55,080 bases of DNA from Pseudomonadota bacterium (GCA_039026635.1 JBCCLX010000001.1:1-55080); one strand, 5' to 3'; numbered from the stretch's first letter, positions 8,211 to 17,981 are shown. Notes: generated from the sequence alone by a model not told the origin. Translations and numbers: made by a program.

Positions 8211-10030
8211 AGAGAACCAGACCCAAGATGCGCAGCGCAGGAGCGCAAACCAGCCGGGAAAAGGCTCTCCGGGACGCGCTGCGCAGGCGGCAGAAGGCGC
8301 AGGGCGCCGGTGCTTCGGGCTCGTCCTCGCACGAGAACACTGCCAGCGCTGGCAACGGCGGTACCAGTTTCGACGCCGGAGGTGGGCGTCGCCCGCGCGA
8401 TGGGGACGGCAACCGAGACGAAGGGGGCAACGCCGAAAACGGTGGCCAGCGAGGCCACAAGATGTCGCGCTTTGCAGCGTTCGTGCTGCCGGCCACGGGG
8501 GTGAATGCTGAACGGTTGCTCAAGGATGGCAGCGACGGGGAGTTCGCAAAGTTTGTCGCCATGGCTTGCCTCGTGATAGCAACGACGCTATTCGCCTTTG
8601 CCGGTGCGGCGTTCTTCTTCTCCGAACTGATCCCGAAGCAATGGGGCTGGCCGCGCTATGTCCCGATCTTGTTCCTGGCGATAGTCTGGGCTTACGTGAT
8701 CTACAACATCGACCGGATGTTCTTGTCCTCGATGCTGGGCCGATCCGGGCTCGACAAGCTGATCGCCGGCAGTATTCGCCTGGCGCTTGCGATCATGCTC
8801 GGCATCGTCATCTCACACCCGCTGAAGCTCATGGGTGTCGGTCAGGAAATCGATATCATGATCCGGATCGAGTCTCTGGTCCAAAGTGAAGTCGCGGGCG
8901 AATTGTACGAGGAGCGGCAGGCTGCCGAATCCGATAGGCTTGCTGAATTGGCCGAGCGACGCCAACAGATCCCAGCTATCAGCGAGGACGGGATCACCGA
9001 AGAGATGATCATCGCGGGCGAAGCTGCAGGCGAGTTGCTGCATAATGTCGAAACGGACCAAGCCGCTTATGATGAATGGGCAGAACAAAACGAGGAAATC
9101 GAGTTGCTGTTCCCCTATCGGCCGGCAAGCATCTTTATCAGGCCCACGAGCCGAGTCCTTTCTACCTGTTCCTTCGAGGTCGAACTTATCCAGCGATGGG
9201 GGGACCTGATTAGAGAAATCGATCTGGGCGAAGGCGTAAGGCCCGCGGCAGATCTCGTCGATGCAAACAACGCAAAGATTCGAGAGTTCGGCATATTAGC
9301 CTTCGATGTGGTCAACCATTGGCGCGCGTGGTTAGTGGAGAGGACGCCTCCAGACATAGACGACGTTGACACAGATCTAATTGATCAGTGGTTCGGCATC
9401 TCCTTTGACACCTACAGCGAGCGGCTCACCGAAGGAGAATTGATCCAAAACTGCAGCGCGGGCAAACTGCTCGAACGCATGTGGATATATGTGGAGAACC
9501 GGCGAATTTTCTTTAGCCCTTCGCCAGGGCAACAGCAAGAAATCCAGCGTAACATCGCGGACACCGAGGATACCACGGCTAGGCTCGCGCTTCTGCGTGA
9601 ATGGGAGGACATCCGGGCAGCAATCGCCGGCGCCCTTCAGACCTCAAGCTATCCCTACCGGACGGTGATCTTCAACCAGCTGACGGACCCGGACGAACTC
9701 GAAACCGAGTTCCGCAAGGAATTCATTGACGATTACGGTTTCGACAGCTTTTTCCTGTTCGAAAGGGAAACGCGCGAGACGATGCGCAGCTACAACTACG
9801 CGATTATCCTCATCTTCGTATTCATCGAAAGCATGCCCGTGCTGATGAAGCTGCTAGCCGGGATGGGCAAGTACGAAAGGTCGGTTCATGCCAATGAAAA
9901 CGAACGGACACGGATGGCGGAGCTGGCGGAGCTGGCGAAAGAGAAACGGAAACTCAGGTTCGAGGCGGCGATAGACGACATCGAAAAGCGAGAGGAATTG
10001 CGCCGGCGTTGGGCGCGTGGGCGCGCATAG
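8207..10030 (+). CDS. DUF4407-like multi-pass membrane protein with large extracytoplasmic helical region (operon gene 6)
   Basis: W.YVIYNIDRMFLSS, IRLALAIMLGIVISHPLKL...QEID and IFVFIESMPVLMKLL...GKYE match DUF4407 motifs as recalled; ATGA overlap at 8207 (alternative start 8462). Confidence 0.8.
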   Translation: MKRTRPKMRSAGAQTSREKALRDALRRRQKAQGAGASGSSSHENTASAGNGGTSFDAGGGRRPRDGDGNRDEGGNAENGGQRGHKMSRFAAFVLPATGVNAERLLKDGSDGEFAKFVAMACLVIATTLFAFAGAAFFFSELIPKQWGWPRYVPILFLAIVWAYVIYNIDRMFLSSMLGRSGLDKLIAGSIRLALAIMLGIVISHPLKLMGVGQEIDIMIRIESLVQSEVAGELYEERQAAESDRLAELAERRQQIPAISEDGITEEMIIAGEAAGELLHNVETDQAAYDEWAEQNEEIELLFPYRPASIFIRPTSRVLSTCSFEVELIQRWGDLIREIDLGEGVRPAADLVDANNAKIREFGILAFDVVNHWRAWLVERTPPDIDDVDTDLIDQWFGISFDTYSERLTEGELIQNCSAGKLLERMWIYVENRRIFFSPSPGQQQEIQRNIADTEDTTARLALLREWEDIRAAIAGALQTSSYPYRTVIFNQLTDPDELETEFRKEFIDDYGFDSFFLFERETRETMRSYNYAIILIFVFIESMPVLMKLLAGMGKYERSVHANENERTRMAELAELAKEKRKLRFEAAIDDIEKREELRRRWARGRA

Positions 10031-10275
10031 TCCTCCAAAGCACCCCGAGCCGACCGGAACCAGCTGTGAACGGCATTCCCTCATTGCCATGAGCCTCGCG
10101 CGCGCTCGCGACTTCGACGTCGCTAGCAATAGGCGTCGGCACGTTTATCGAGGCAGTGCGGGCTATGCCGAAACATGGGTGATTCACGGCCTGCTCCCGC
10201 GTCGCCTCGAACTCGTGCTCCCGCATGCGGACCAAAACCGTCCTCGGGTCGTTGTGGAGCCATGCCGTGCCTCCC

Positions 10276-11352
10276 TCATCCGATCTTCGCGCCCCAGAAA
10301 GACGTCTGATCGGCGGCGAAGTAGCCGTCCGCGGCGCGGAAGTTGCCCTGCAGCTCGATGGTGTCGCCGGCGGTGAGCGGGACTATCGTCTGTAGCCAGA
10401 GCGCCGTAGCCTCGGAGACATGCGCGCCGCTGATCTCCCCCCTCGAGCCGCGGATCTCCGTCGCGCCGTTTAGGACGAGCCGCCCGCTCATCCGCGCCGA
10501 CGTACTGGCGTTGACCTTGTAGAGAAGCGTCGCGCCGAAAAGGTAGGTGCCGTCCGCAGGCGCCACGAAGCGGTTCTTGGCGGCATCGAAGGCGCCCTGA
10601 TCGTTGTAGTCGGTGTTGTTGATGGCGATCTTCGTCCAGGTCCCGACGCCGACATAGTTGTCGTAGTTCGTGTAGGCCTTGAAGCGAGGCAGCCGGGGCT
10701 GGTCGACGATGCCGGAGACGTTGTCGACGCTGAGCCCGTCGAAAAAGGTGCTGCCGTCGGCCGAGACTGCGAGGCGGAAGCGGTCGGAGCCGAAAAGGCC
10801 GACGAGCGCCTTGGTCACGAAGCCGGTCTGCAGCGTAAGGCCGAGATCGTCGCCCGCCGCCTCCTTGTTCATGGTGTAGAACAGATCGCCCGTGCCACCT
10901 TCGGCCGCGGTCTTCGCCGTCCAGAGCGCGGCGTTCAGCTTGGCCGAGAACGGGTTCGACGCATCTGCCGTGGTGCCGAGCCCGAGGAGCGCCGTGTTCT
11001 GCAGCACCGCCGGTGTGGTGCCGATCCAGTCAGACCCGTCGTAGACCAGGAGCAGGCCCTCGTCCTCGACCCAAGCTCGCCAGCCCGTTCGTGGCGGCAG
11101 GCGCAGCCACGCGCCGTCGGTCCAGAGCGCGACATTCAGATCCCAGCCGGCCCAGTCACCCGTCGCGCCGGAGGCGACGATGTAGCGGTCGCCATCGGCG
11201 GGAGAAGCCGGCGGCGCGGTCAAATCCCGGTCTAGAACGGAGAGCTGGACGAGCCCGTCGAGGATCCGCAGCGCCTCGTTGTGGGTGACATGCTTCTGGG
11301 CCTGCGCCGCCAGGATGTAGGGAAGGAGGAGATGCGTTGTGGCGTCGGACAT
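10276..11352 (-). CDS. DUF2793 tail fibre protein with C-terminal C1q-like domain
   Basis: LPYILAAQAQKHVTHNEALRILDGLVQLSV N-terminus; F.APADGTYLF beta-sandwich C-terminus. Confidence 0.9.
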   Translation of the reverse strand: MSDATTHLLLPYILAAQAQKHVTHNEALRILDGLVQLSVLDRDLTAPPASPADGDRYIVASGATGDWAGWDLNVALWTDGAWLRLPPRTGWRAWVEDEGLLLVYDGSDWIGTTPAVLQNTALLGLGTTADASNPFSAKLNAALWTAKTAAEGGTGDLFYTMNKEAAGDDLGLTLQTGFVTKALVGLFGSDRFRLAVSADGSTFFDGLSVDNVSGIVDQPRLPRFKAYTNYDNYVGVGTWTKIAINNTDYNDQGAFDAAKNRFVAPADGTYLFGATLLYKVNASTSARMSGRLVLNGATEIRGSRGEISGAHVSEATALWLQTIVPLTAGDTIELQGNFRAADGYFAADQTSFWGAKIG

Positions 11353-11362
11353 GAGATGGCTT

Positions 11363-14300
11363 TCAGAACGTGAGCGTGATGGTCTTGGGCGCGCCCCGCC
11401 CGACGAGGGCGGAGAGCTGATAAATGCGGATGTCGAGCGTGTCGCCGGGGGCGAGCGGCCCGCCCCAGTCGTCGGTCTGGGCGGCGGCGGTGTAGACCAC
11501 GCTGGTGGTGGCGGTGCTCAGCACCCGCTTCACGGTGGCGCCATCGAGGATCTCGACCTCGTAGGCTTCCAGTTCCTCGCCGAGCGGCACCTCGAGCCCG
11601 CCCCAGCTGTCGGCCGCGAGGGCTCGGGACCGGCGTGTCCAGCCGATCGTCAGATCGCCGGGCGCGCGCGGTTTGCGCCATGGCTGCTCGACATGGACGA
11701 CAGAGAACGCCCGCAGCCCGACGCCCTCGGGCGTGAAGGTCTGCGCAACATAGGTCTCGTTGCTGACCGGGCGGCTCGCCGGGCCGATGCGCCAGTTCCA
11801 TGGGATGCCGAGATCGGCCTCCGCGATCGGCAGTGAGGCGAGACTGTCGTCGAGCATCACGACCCGCGCGCCAGCAGGCGCCGGGTTGCCCATCGCATTC
11901 TCGGTGCCGCGCTGGCCGCGCAGGAGCCGGGTCAGGCGGTAGCGACCGGGCGCCAGCAGCTCGGCCGCGCCCGCCTGCACGATCTCCCAGATACCCGGCG
12001 CGCTCTCGATGGCGAGCGCATTGGCCCCGCCGAACAGGGTCAGGTCCGTGACGCTTTCGAGGGTGCCAGTCAGCAAATCGACCACCAGGAGGTTGCCGAG
12101 ATCGAAGCGCGACGTCGGCCCCGCGTAGAAGTCCGAGACCAGCGCGCCGAGCCGGGCCCGCGTGCCGAAGCTGGAGAGCAGCTCGAAGCCATCGGTCGAG
12201 GGGCTGCGGAACATCGCGATCTCGCCCGGCCACGGAACGGCATGCGCCGCGGCGAAGGGTCGATGCGCGGGCTGGTCCTCGGTCAGCTGCGGCAGGTCCA
12301 GCAGCACCGTCTCGGGCGCGCCGAAAACCACCGCCTGCGAGAGCGCCGAGGGCCGCGGCGCGCCAGGCGGCAGATCGTAGGCCTCGCGATCCTGGCGGAC
12401 AGCTTCGACACCTCGAGCGTCGGCATCGGCGATGGAGACGAGCCGCAGCGGGACCGCGCGGCCGTCATGGGAGAACGACACGACATCGGACGGATCGAGC
12501 GCCAGCCGCGAGGGCGGCAGCCGAAACACCGCACTCTCGCGGCCGGTCCAGGCTTCCATCAGCGCGCGGCGGCAACGGCGTTCGGCCTCCTCGGGCGGGA
12601 CCGCCATGGGGAAGCTTTCGAATGCGATCCGGGTTGTGTCGACGGTGATGCGCCGGACCTCGACCTGCGCGGCCTCGTAGTCTTCGTCCGCGCGGGCGAC
12701 CTGCCATTTCAGGGCCTGCGGCAGTTCGGTTTCCTGGCCGCGGGTGAGTTCGAGGACATCGCCTTCGCGCGCGGCGATGAGATCGTCGGGGCTGACGGTG
12801 GCTACCGCGGCCCGGCCGCGCATGACGAACCGGATCACGCCCTCGGTCTCGACCGCGTCGAAGCCGAAATGCCGCGCGAGCGTGGTGATGGAGGCGCGAG
12901 GGCTTTCCAGCGCGCCGATGGCGTAGCCCTCGACCGCGCCCCAGAGGCCGGAGACGTCGATCCTCGACTCGGGCAGCCCGGCGTGCAGGCAGAGGTGGCG
13001 GACGAGCGCCGCGAGAGACACCGCGCCGAGCCGTCCGGTCAGCCAGTGCCCCAGCCGCCAGTTCGCGCCGTCCGTCCAGACGTCGGTCAGGGCCGGAAAG
13101 AATGGATAGGGCCGCGCGTCCCAGGTCCAGGCGGCGCATTCGGGGACATGCACCATCCGGCCGCCGTAGACTGAGGAAGGCGGGTTGTTCGTAGGCTCGC
13201 CCCAAAAGAGGTAGGTCGCCTCGAGATAGGAGCGCTGGATCGCGTCGTCCCGCCAGCCGCGGGAGAAGTACGGCACGAAGCTCTCCGACGATTTCGGGTC
13301 GAAGAAGACGTTGGGCTGGTTCGTGCCTCGGTCGATGGCCGGGCATCCGAGCTCGGTGAACCAGATCGGCTTCGCCTCCGGCGCCCACGCGGTGGGCGTC
13401 CCGCTCTCCACCCCGCCCGGGCGGTCGTAATGCGCGTTCGACCACCAGGCGCGGAGATCCTTGTAACGGAAGACCCAAGGCTTGCCGGCGGCGCCGTCGG
13501 CAATCGCGGTGCGGACCTGCGCGCTTCGGTCGGCGGCGCTGGCATAGAACCAGTCGAAGCCCTCGCCGCCCGCGATGCTCCCCTGCAGGTAGGCGCGGTC
13601 GTAGATCGCGGGCCAGCCCTCGGCTGCGTCGGCATGCTCGAACCCGTCGCGCCAGTCGGAGAGCGGCATGTAGTTGTCGATCCCGATGAAATCGACGTTG
13701 CCATCCGCCCAGAGCGGGTCGAGATGGAAAAACACGTCGCCGCTGCCGTCCCCTGGTTGATGGCCGAAATACTCGCTCCAATCGGCCGCGTAGCTGATCG
13801 CCGTGCCCGCACCGAGGATGCTACGGACGTCGGCCGCCAGATCGCGGAAAGCCTGCACCGCAGGATAAGTTCTGGCGTCCGAACGGATCGTGGTCAGGCC
13901 GCGCATCTCGGTGCCGATCAGGAAGGCGTCGACCCCGCCGGCCGCGGCGCAGAGATGGGCGTAGTGCAGCACCATCCTCCGAAGCCCCCAGTCGTCCGCG
14001 GCACCGGTCCAGGAGACCGTCTCGCCAGAGATCGCGAAGTCGGACGGTCTGGCGCTGCCGAAGAAGTCCGCGACCTGGCCTGCTGCTGCGGCGGTCTTGT
14101 CGACACTGCCGGCGTAACCCGCCGCCGGCGAGCACGTGATCCGGCCGCGCCACGGGAACGCGGGCTGGCCCGTCCCGGCCGCGTTGTCGGAATAGGGGTT
14201 CGGCAGGCTGTTACCGGCCGGCACGTCCATCAGGATGAACGGATAGAAGGTCACCCGCAGCCCGCGGGCCTTCATCTCCTTGATCGCCTGCACCACAGCG

Positions 14301-15331
14301 AAGTCGGCCGGCGTGCCGCCATAGACGGGCCGGTCCTGGTCATCGCGGCTGACGAGGTGCGCGGCGGCGCGCGAGACGCCATTGACGGACCATGTCTGCG
14401 GGCTCGTGGACTTTTCCGAGACCTCGACACCCGGCCGGATGGTGCACTCGCCAACGCGCAGGTCGTTCCCGAACCAGGCGACGACGAGGCTCACACTTTC
14501 CACCTTCGGCGCTATGGCCTGCAAGCGGTCCAGCGCCACAACCATGTCGGCGGTGTCCGAGAGCGCGTTCAGGTTCTCGGGGATCTGCGCGCCGCCGCTG
14601 CCCTTGCGGATGCCCTGCGTCGCGTAGGTGAACTCGCCCGAGGCCGGAATCATGGTGACGGCCTGCGTCAGTCCCTCGGCTGTGTCGGGATCCGCGAGCG
14701 GCCGGAAGACCTCGAAGGAGAGCTGCGGCAGGCGATTACCGTAGTTGCCGAGCGGAAGTTCCTCGAAGACCACATAGGCCGTGCCGCGATAGGCCGGGGT
14801 GTTGGGCGCGCCCATCTTCGCGGCGATGAAGGGGTCCGCGACCTGTGCCTCATCGCCGGGATACCAGCGCCAGGTAATGCCGGCCGTGTCGAGCAGCTTG
14901 CCGTCGGCCCAGATGCGCCCGATGCCGGCGATCGGGCCCTCGCAAAGCGCGACGGCGAAGCTCGCGTAGTAGAGATACTCGGTCGTCTTGACCTTACCGC
15001 CACCGCCGCCGCCCTTGCCGCCACCCTGCGTGGTGGTCTTTGTCTCCTCGCGGAAATCCGTCGCCCAGATGACGTTGCCGCCCATGCGCATCCGTCCGTA
15101 GACTCGCGGGATCACGGCTCCCTCCGTCGAGGCGGTGATCCGGAGGCTGTCGAGCCGCGGCCCTTCAATGCGCTGCGTTGGCGCGAGCGAGGACACGATC
15201 CAGCTGTCGACCACCGAGCCGATCGTCGATCCCACAAAGCCGCCGATGGTCGCGGCGCTCACGCCGAGGATCGCGCCGCCGATCGACCCGCCAATGGCAG
15301 CGCCGGCTGCGCCGAGAACGAGAGTGGCCAT
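11363..15331 (-). CDS. Baseplate multidomain protein (RcGTA g15 / megatron, TIM-barrel-like)
   Basis: MATLVL...IPRVYGRMR, PAYRGTAYVVF, YAADWSEY, GIDNYMPLSDWRDG; 1322 aa. Confidence 0.93.
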   Translation of the reverse strand: MATLVLGAAGAAIGGSIGGAILGVSAATIGGFVGSTIGSVVDSWIVSSLAPTQRIEGPRLDSLRITASTEGAVIPRVYGRMRMGGNVIWATDFREETKTTTQGGGKGGGGGGKVKTTEYLYYASFAVALCEGPIAGIGRIWADGKLLDTAGITWRWYPGDEAQVADPFIAAKMGAPNTPAYRGTAYVVFEELPLGNYGNRLPQLSFEVFRPLADPDTAEGLTQAVTMIPASGEFTYATQGIRKGSGGAQIPENLNALSDTADMVVALDRLQAIAPKVESVSLVVAWFGNDLRVGECTIRPGVEVSEKSTSPQTWSVNGVSRAAAHLVSRDDQDRPVYGGTPADFAVVQAIKEMKARGLRVTFYPFILMDVPAGNSLPNPYSDNAAGTGQPAFPWRGRITCSPAAGYAGSVDKTAAAAGQVADFFGSARPSDFAISGETVSWTGAADDWGLRRMVLHYAHLCAAAGGVDAFLIGTEMRGLTTIRSDARTYPAVQAFRDLAADVRSILGAGTAISYAADWSEYFGHQPGDGSGDVFFHLDPLWADGNVDFIGIDNYMPLSDWRDGFEHADAAEGWPAIYDRAYLQGSIAGGEGFDWFYASAADRSAQVRTAIADGAAGKPWVFRYKDLRAWWSNAHYDRPGGVESGTPTAWAPEAKPIWFTELGCPAIDRGTNQPNVFFDPKSSESFVPYFSRGWRDDAIQRSYLEATYLFWGEPTNNPPSSVYGGRMVHVPECAAWTWDARPYPFFPALTDVWTDGANWRLGHWLTGRLGAVSLAALVRHLCLHAGLPESRIDVSGLWGAVEGYAIGALESPRASITTLARHFGFDAVETEGVIRFVMRGRAAVATVSPDDLIAAREGDVLELTRGQETELPQALKWQVARADEDYEAAQVEVRRITVDTTRIAFESFPMAVPPEEAERRCRRALMEAWTGRESAVFRLPPSRLALDPSDVVSFSHDGRAVPLRLVSIADADARGVEAVRQDREAYDLPPGAPRPSALSQAVVFGAPETVLLDLPQLTEDQPAHRPFAAAHAVPWPGEIAMFRSPSTDGFELLSSFGTRARLGALVSDFYAGPTSRFDLGNLLVVDLLTGTLESVTDLTLFGGANALAIESAPGIWEIVQAGAAELLAPGRYRLTRLLRGQRGTENAMGNPAPAGARVVMLDDSLASLPIAEADLGIPWNWRIGPASRPVSNETYVAQTFTPEGVGLRAFSVVHVEQPWRKPRAPGDLTIGWTRRSRALAADSWGGLEVPLGEELEAYEVEILDGATVKRVLSTATTSVVYTAAAQTDDWGGPLAPGDTLDIRIYQLSALVGRGAPKTITLTF

Positions 15332-15340
15332 GTCGGGGTC

Positions 15341-15775
15341 TCAGCGTTGCGGGAAGAGGAAGGCGAAGGCGATGCGCCGCCGCCAAGCGTGGGTGAGCGG
15401 TTCCTCGATCACGCCGAGCCGCTCGTAGGCGTGGAGCAAGGCGCCGGGCCCAGTGAGGATCCCGACATGCTTGGCGATGGCGCGGGGCTTCATGCGGAAG
15501 AGCACCAGCGCGCCGGGACCGGCTGCCGCGGGTTCCACCTCGACCATCATGGCGCGCGCGCCCATGGCCAGCACCTCGCTCGGGCCCGTCTCGCCCCAGT
15601 CGCGGCTGTAGGGCGGGATCGGGAACGGCTCGGGGCCGACGATCTCGCGCCAGACCCCGCGCGCCAGCCCGAGACAGTCGCAGCCGACACCGCGCAGGCT
15701 CGCTTGATCGTGGTACGGCGTGCCGAGCCAGGAGCGCGCCGCGGCGATGACCCGATCCGGATCGGCCGGGTTCAC
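15341..15775 (-). CDS. NlpC/P60 cell-wall peptidase (RcGTA g14-like)
   Basis: ARSWLGTPYHDQ...GCDCLGL...KHVGI...HAYE. Confidence 0.92.
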   Translation of the reverse strand: MNPADPDRVIAAARSWLGTPYHDQASLRGVGCDCLGLARGVWREIVGPEPFPIPPYSRDWGETGPSEVLAMGARAMMVEVEPAAAGPGALVLFRMKPRAIAKHVGILTGPGALLHAYERLGVIEEPLTHAWRRRIAFAFLFPQR

Positions 15776-16656
15776 AGCACGCCTCCGTCGTGACCGCCGT
15801 CCTTCGTCGCGTAGCGCAAGATGGTGTCCTGGCCGGGGATGTGCGGGAAGCCGCGGAAGTTGGCGGTGTTGGCGAACTTGGTGCCGCAGGTCTCGATCCG
15901 CTTGTCGCAGCCCGCCCGGATGGTGAACGCGTCGTCCTCGGCGATGGGGCGTACCGGCGCCTCGAGCATGGTCAGCACCGCGATGCCGTCCGTGAGGTCA
16001 TGGCCCAGCACCTCTGTGCGCCGTCCCGCGTTCGCGCCGCTGGTCCATTCGACGGTTCCGAAGGTGAACCAGCCGGCTTCGAAGCCGCTGAGCCCCGAGG
16101 CGGTGAAGGCCCGATCCCGCAGCCGGTCGATCACGGCGCCCGCGCCCTTGTAGGCCGGATCCTCGAGATCGACGCCACAGCGCGCGTCGCCGAGCACGGC
16201 ATCGCAGGTTGCCTGGAAGGTCCGCCCGACCGTCTGACCGAGCACATGCGCGAGCGAACGCACCTCGGCGACGAAAGCCAAGCGCCCGCGCCGGATCTGA
16301 CCGATGGCGCCCCGGCGCATCAACACGCGCTGGCTCGTATTTGCCCAGTTCACCCGCCAGACCTCGACCTCGGCATTGTCCCAGCGGCCGTCGAAAATGT
16401 CAGTCTCGGTGATGCGGTCCGAGGTCAGCACGCCCTCGGCGTCCTGCGCATCGACCGACAGGTCCGAACCCGATCGCACCTCGGACGCGGTCAGACCGCT
16501 CTCCGGCTCGAAGTCGGTGCCGTCAAACGTCAGCGTGCGGTCGTGGTCGGTGAAACCGAAGGTGACGCCATCGGCGCGCGTGATCCGCCAGCACCAGGCG
16601 AGCGTCGTCGTGCCGTCGTCGAGATGGGACTGCAGCGCGGGCGAGAGGGATTTCAT
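15772..16656 (-). CDS. Baseplate hub protein DUF2163 (RcGTA g13-like)
   Basis: TTLAWCWRITRADG..FGFTDHD...C.A.LGDARC...GCDK...C..KF.N..NFRGFP. Confidence 0.92.
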   Translation of the reverse strand: MKSLSPALQSHLDDGTTTLAWCWRITRADGVTFGFTDHDRTLTFDGTDFEPESGLTASEVRSGSDLSVDAQDAEGVLTSDRITETDIFDGRWDNAEVEVWRVNWANTSQRVLMRRGAIGQIRRGRLAFVAEVRSLAHVLGQTVGRTFQATCDAVLGDARCGVDLEDPAYKGAGAVIDRLRDRAFTASGLSGFEAGWFTFGTVEWTSGANAGRRTEVLGHDLTDGIAVLTMLEAPVRPIAEDDAFTIRAGCDKRIETCGTKFANTANFRGFPHIPGQDTILRYATKDGGHDGGVL

Positions 16657-16853
16657 CGGCAGGTTCCCGTCATGCGGTCGTCGAGATCGGCGATCCAATT
16701 CGCCCATGCGGGCGGCACCTCCGCGACGGTCTCAGCAGCTGGCCGGGCGAGCCGCGCCTCGGCATAGGAGGCACAGCCCGCATCACCAGCGCCCATCGTT
16801 GCGGCGCAGCCGGTCAGCAGGATCGCCAGCGCCGCGGCCATTGCGAACCGCAT
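16653..16853 (-). CDS. Lipoprotein, putative o-spanin (Rz1-like)
   Basis: Lipobox LLTG-C, Pro-rich, overlaps the 3' end of the upstream i-spanin-like gene. Confidence 0.7.
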   Translation of the reverse strand: MRFAMAAALAILLTGCAATMGAGDAGCASYAEARLARPAAETVAEVPPAWANWIADLDDRMTGTCR

Positions 16854-17013
16854 CCCGCCCGCGCTCGACGCGCTTGTTCTTGTCTTCGATCGCATCGCGT
16901 TCGGCCTCCCGTTTGACCGTTCGTTCCCCTTCCGCACGGCCCCAGATCCGGCCGAGGGTGACGCCCGCGACCGCGCCCAGAGCCGCGAACAGCCAGATCA
17001 GGAGATCAGCCAT
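16783..17013 (-). CDS. Putative i-spanin (Rz-like)
   Basis: N-terminal TM followed by a charged coiled coil; lysis cassette context. Confidence 0.68.
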   Translation of the reverse strand: MADLLIWLFAALGAVAGVTLGRIWGRAEGERTVKREAERDAIEDKNKRVERGRDAVRNGRGAGDPADRLRRNDGRW

Positions 17014-17107
17014 CGTCCCGCTCCCCACTTGCAGCGGCGACGCAGAGGGCGGCGACGAAGACGCCGAGAAAGCCGCCCACGATCAGACCTGCGATGAACT
17101 CAAGCAT
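17006..17107 (-). CDS. 33-aa single-TM microprotein (DUF3789-like)
   Basis: Read manually: MLEFIAGLIVGGFLGVFVAALCVAAASGERDDG; overlaps both neighbours and exactly fills the gap. Confidence 0.65.
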   Translation of the reverse strand: MLEFIAGLIVGGFLGVFVAALCVAAASGERDDG

Positions 17108-17330
17108 CGCCGCGGAACCCGCGCTCGATCCGGTCACGCAGACCGATCAGGCCCAGACCGAGGAACATCAGCCCCGCGGGCGAGGCATCGCCCGAGCCCG
17201 CGAGCAGCGCGACGAGACGGGACAGTTCGCCGAGCGGCCCGGTGGCGGGTAGCGCCAGGGAAGCGATGCCGGTGAGCATGGCGAGAAGTCCTGCCCACCA
17301 GGTCATGGAGTTGGGTCGGACGTAGCGCAT
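17100..17330 (-). CDS. Small two-TM protein, holin-like
   Basis: 76 aa, two hydrophobic segments, directly downstream of the endolysin. Confidence 0.6.
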   Translation of the reverse strand: MRYVRPNSMTWWAGLLAMLTGIASLALPATGPLGELSRLVALLAGSGDASPAGLMFLGLGLIGLRDRIERGFRGDA

Positions 17331-17333
17331 GAG

Positions 17334-17981
17334 TCAGGCCCTCCGGATCAGGGTGGAGAAGAACGCGGCCAGCCGGGCGAGCCAGCTGGTCGGCGCGTTG
17401 GGTGTGTGTGGGGCATCGATCTGCGCGGGGCGCAGGAGCGCCAGCGCTTCGCTCTCCGCCAGCCGCCGGACAGGCCGCGAGAAGTCCACGCGGCCCGCAG
17501 GATCCACGAACCAGACCGGGATGGGCCCGCCGGGATAGCGGCCATGGCGGAACAAATCGCGCTCCGCCTCGCGCCGGGGGATGATCTCCGCCGGCCGCCG
17601 CCAGTTGAGGAACGCCTGTGCCGCAGCCTTGCGGTCGCCGGCGTTCAGGTGGCGGGTCAGCGCAGCGCGGGCGATGCCGCCCGTGTTGTAGTGGAACGAG
17701 ACCAGCGCATCGAACTCGTGCGGCGCCAGCGGCCCCTTCACGGCGCGCAGGACGGCGGTCTCGTAGCGCGCGAGGTCGGCCCGGAAGACCCGGAACGCCT
17801 CGCGGATCCCGGCATCGAGATCGGCGGGCATGCCGCGCGGCATGGTGGCCGGATCGGGAGGCCCGGCCGCGGCCGTGTGGCCGATGCCGAAGGTCCAGAC
17901 CTGTTTCACATCGAGATATGGCCCGGGCACGAGTCCTTCGTGCCGGACGAGGGCCAAGAGGCCCCGGTCGGTCATGTGCAT
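17334..17981 (-). CDS. Endolysin, GH24 lysozyme
   Basis: HEG...PYLD...VWTFGIGHT (E-x8-D-x5-T), FDALVSFHYNTG, RREAE..LF. Confidence 0.92.
   Translation of the reverse strand: MHMTDRGLLALVRHEGLVPGPYLDVKQVWTFGIGHTAAAGPPDPATMPRGMPADLDAGIREAFRVFRADLARYETAVLRAVKGPLAPHEFDALVSFHYNTGGIARAALTRHLNAGDRKAAAQAFLNWRRPAEIIPRREAERDLFRHGRYPGGPIPVWFVDPAGRVDFSRPVRRLAESEALALLRPAQIDAPHTPNAPTSWLARLAAFFSTLIRRA

Noticed and set aside
3215-10030. Calling the operon Zorya, Ton or Tol-Pal
   Set aside because: No long ZorA tail, OmpA-type ZorB domain or ZorC/D/E; no Pro-rich TonB/TolA, TolB, Pal or TonB-dependent receptor
10031-10275. Prophage attL in the gap between the operon and the tail fibre gene
   Set aside because: No direct repeat of the tRNA 3' end or of the 53830-54155 region could be found by eye
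13430-15793. Long antisense or alternate-frame ORFs (also 26497-28167, 28695-30329, 30420-32480, 37539-40178, 40956-42899, 49864-51702)
   Set aside because: Shadow ORFs of high-GC coding strands, overlapping well-supported genes and lacking motifs
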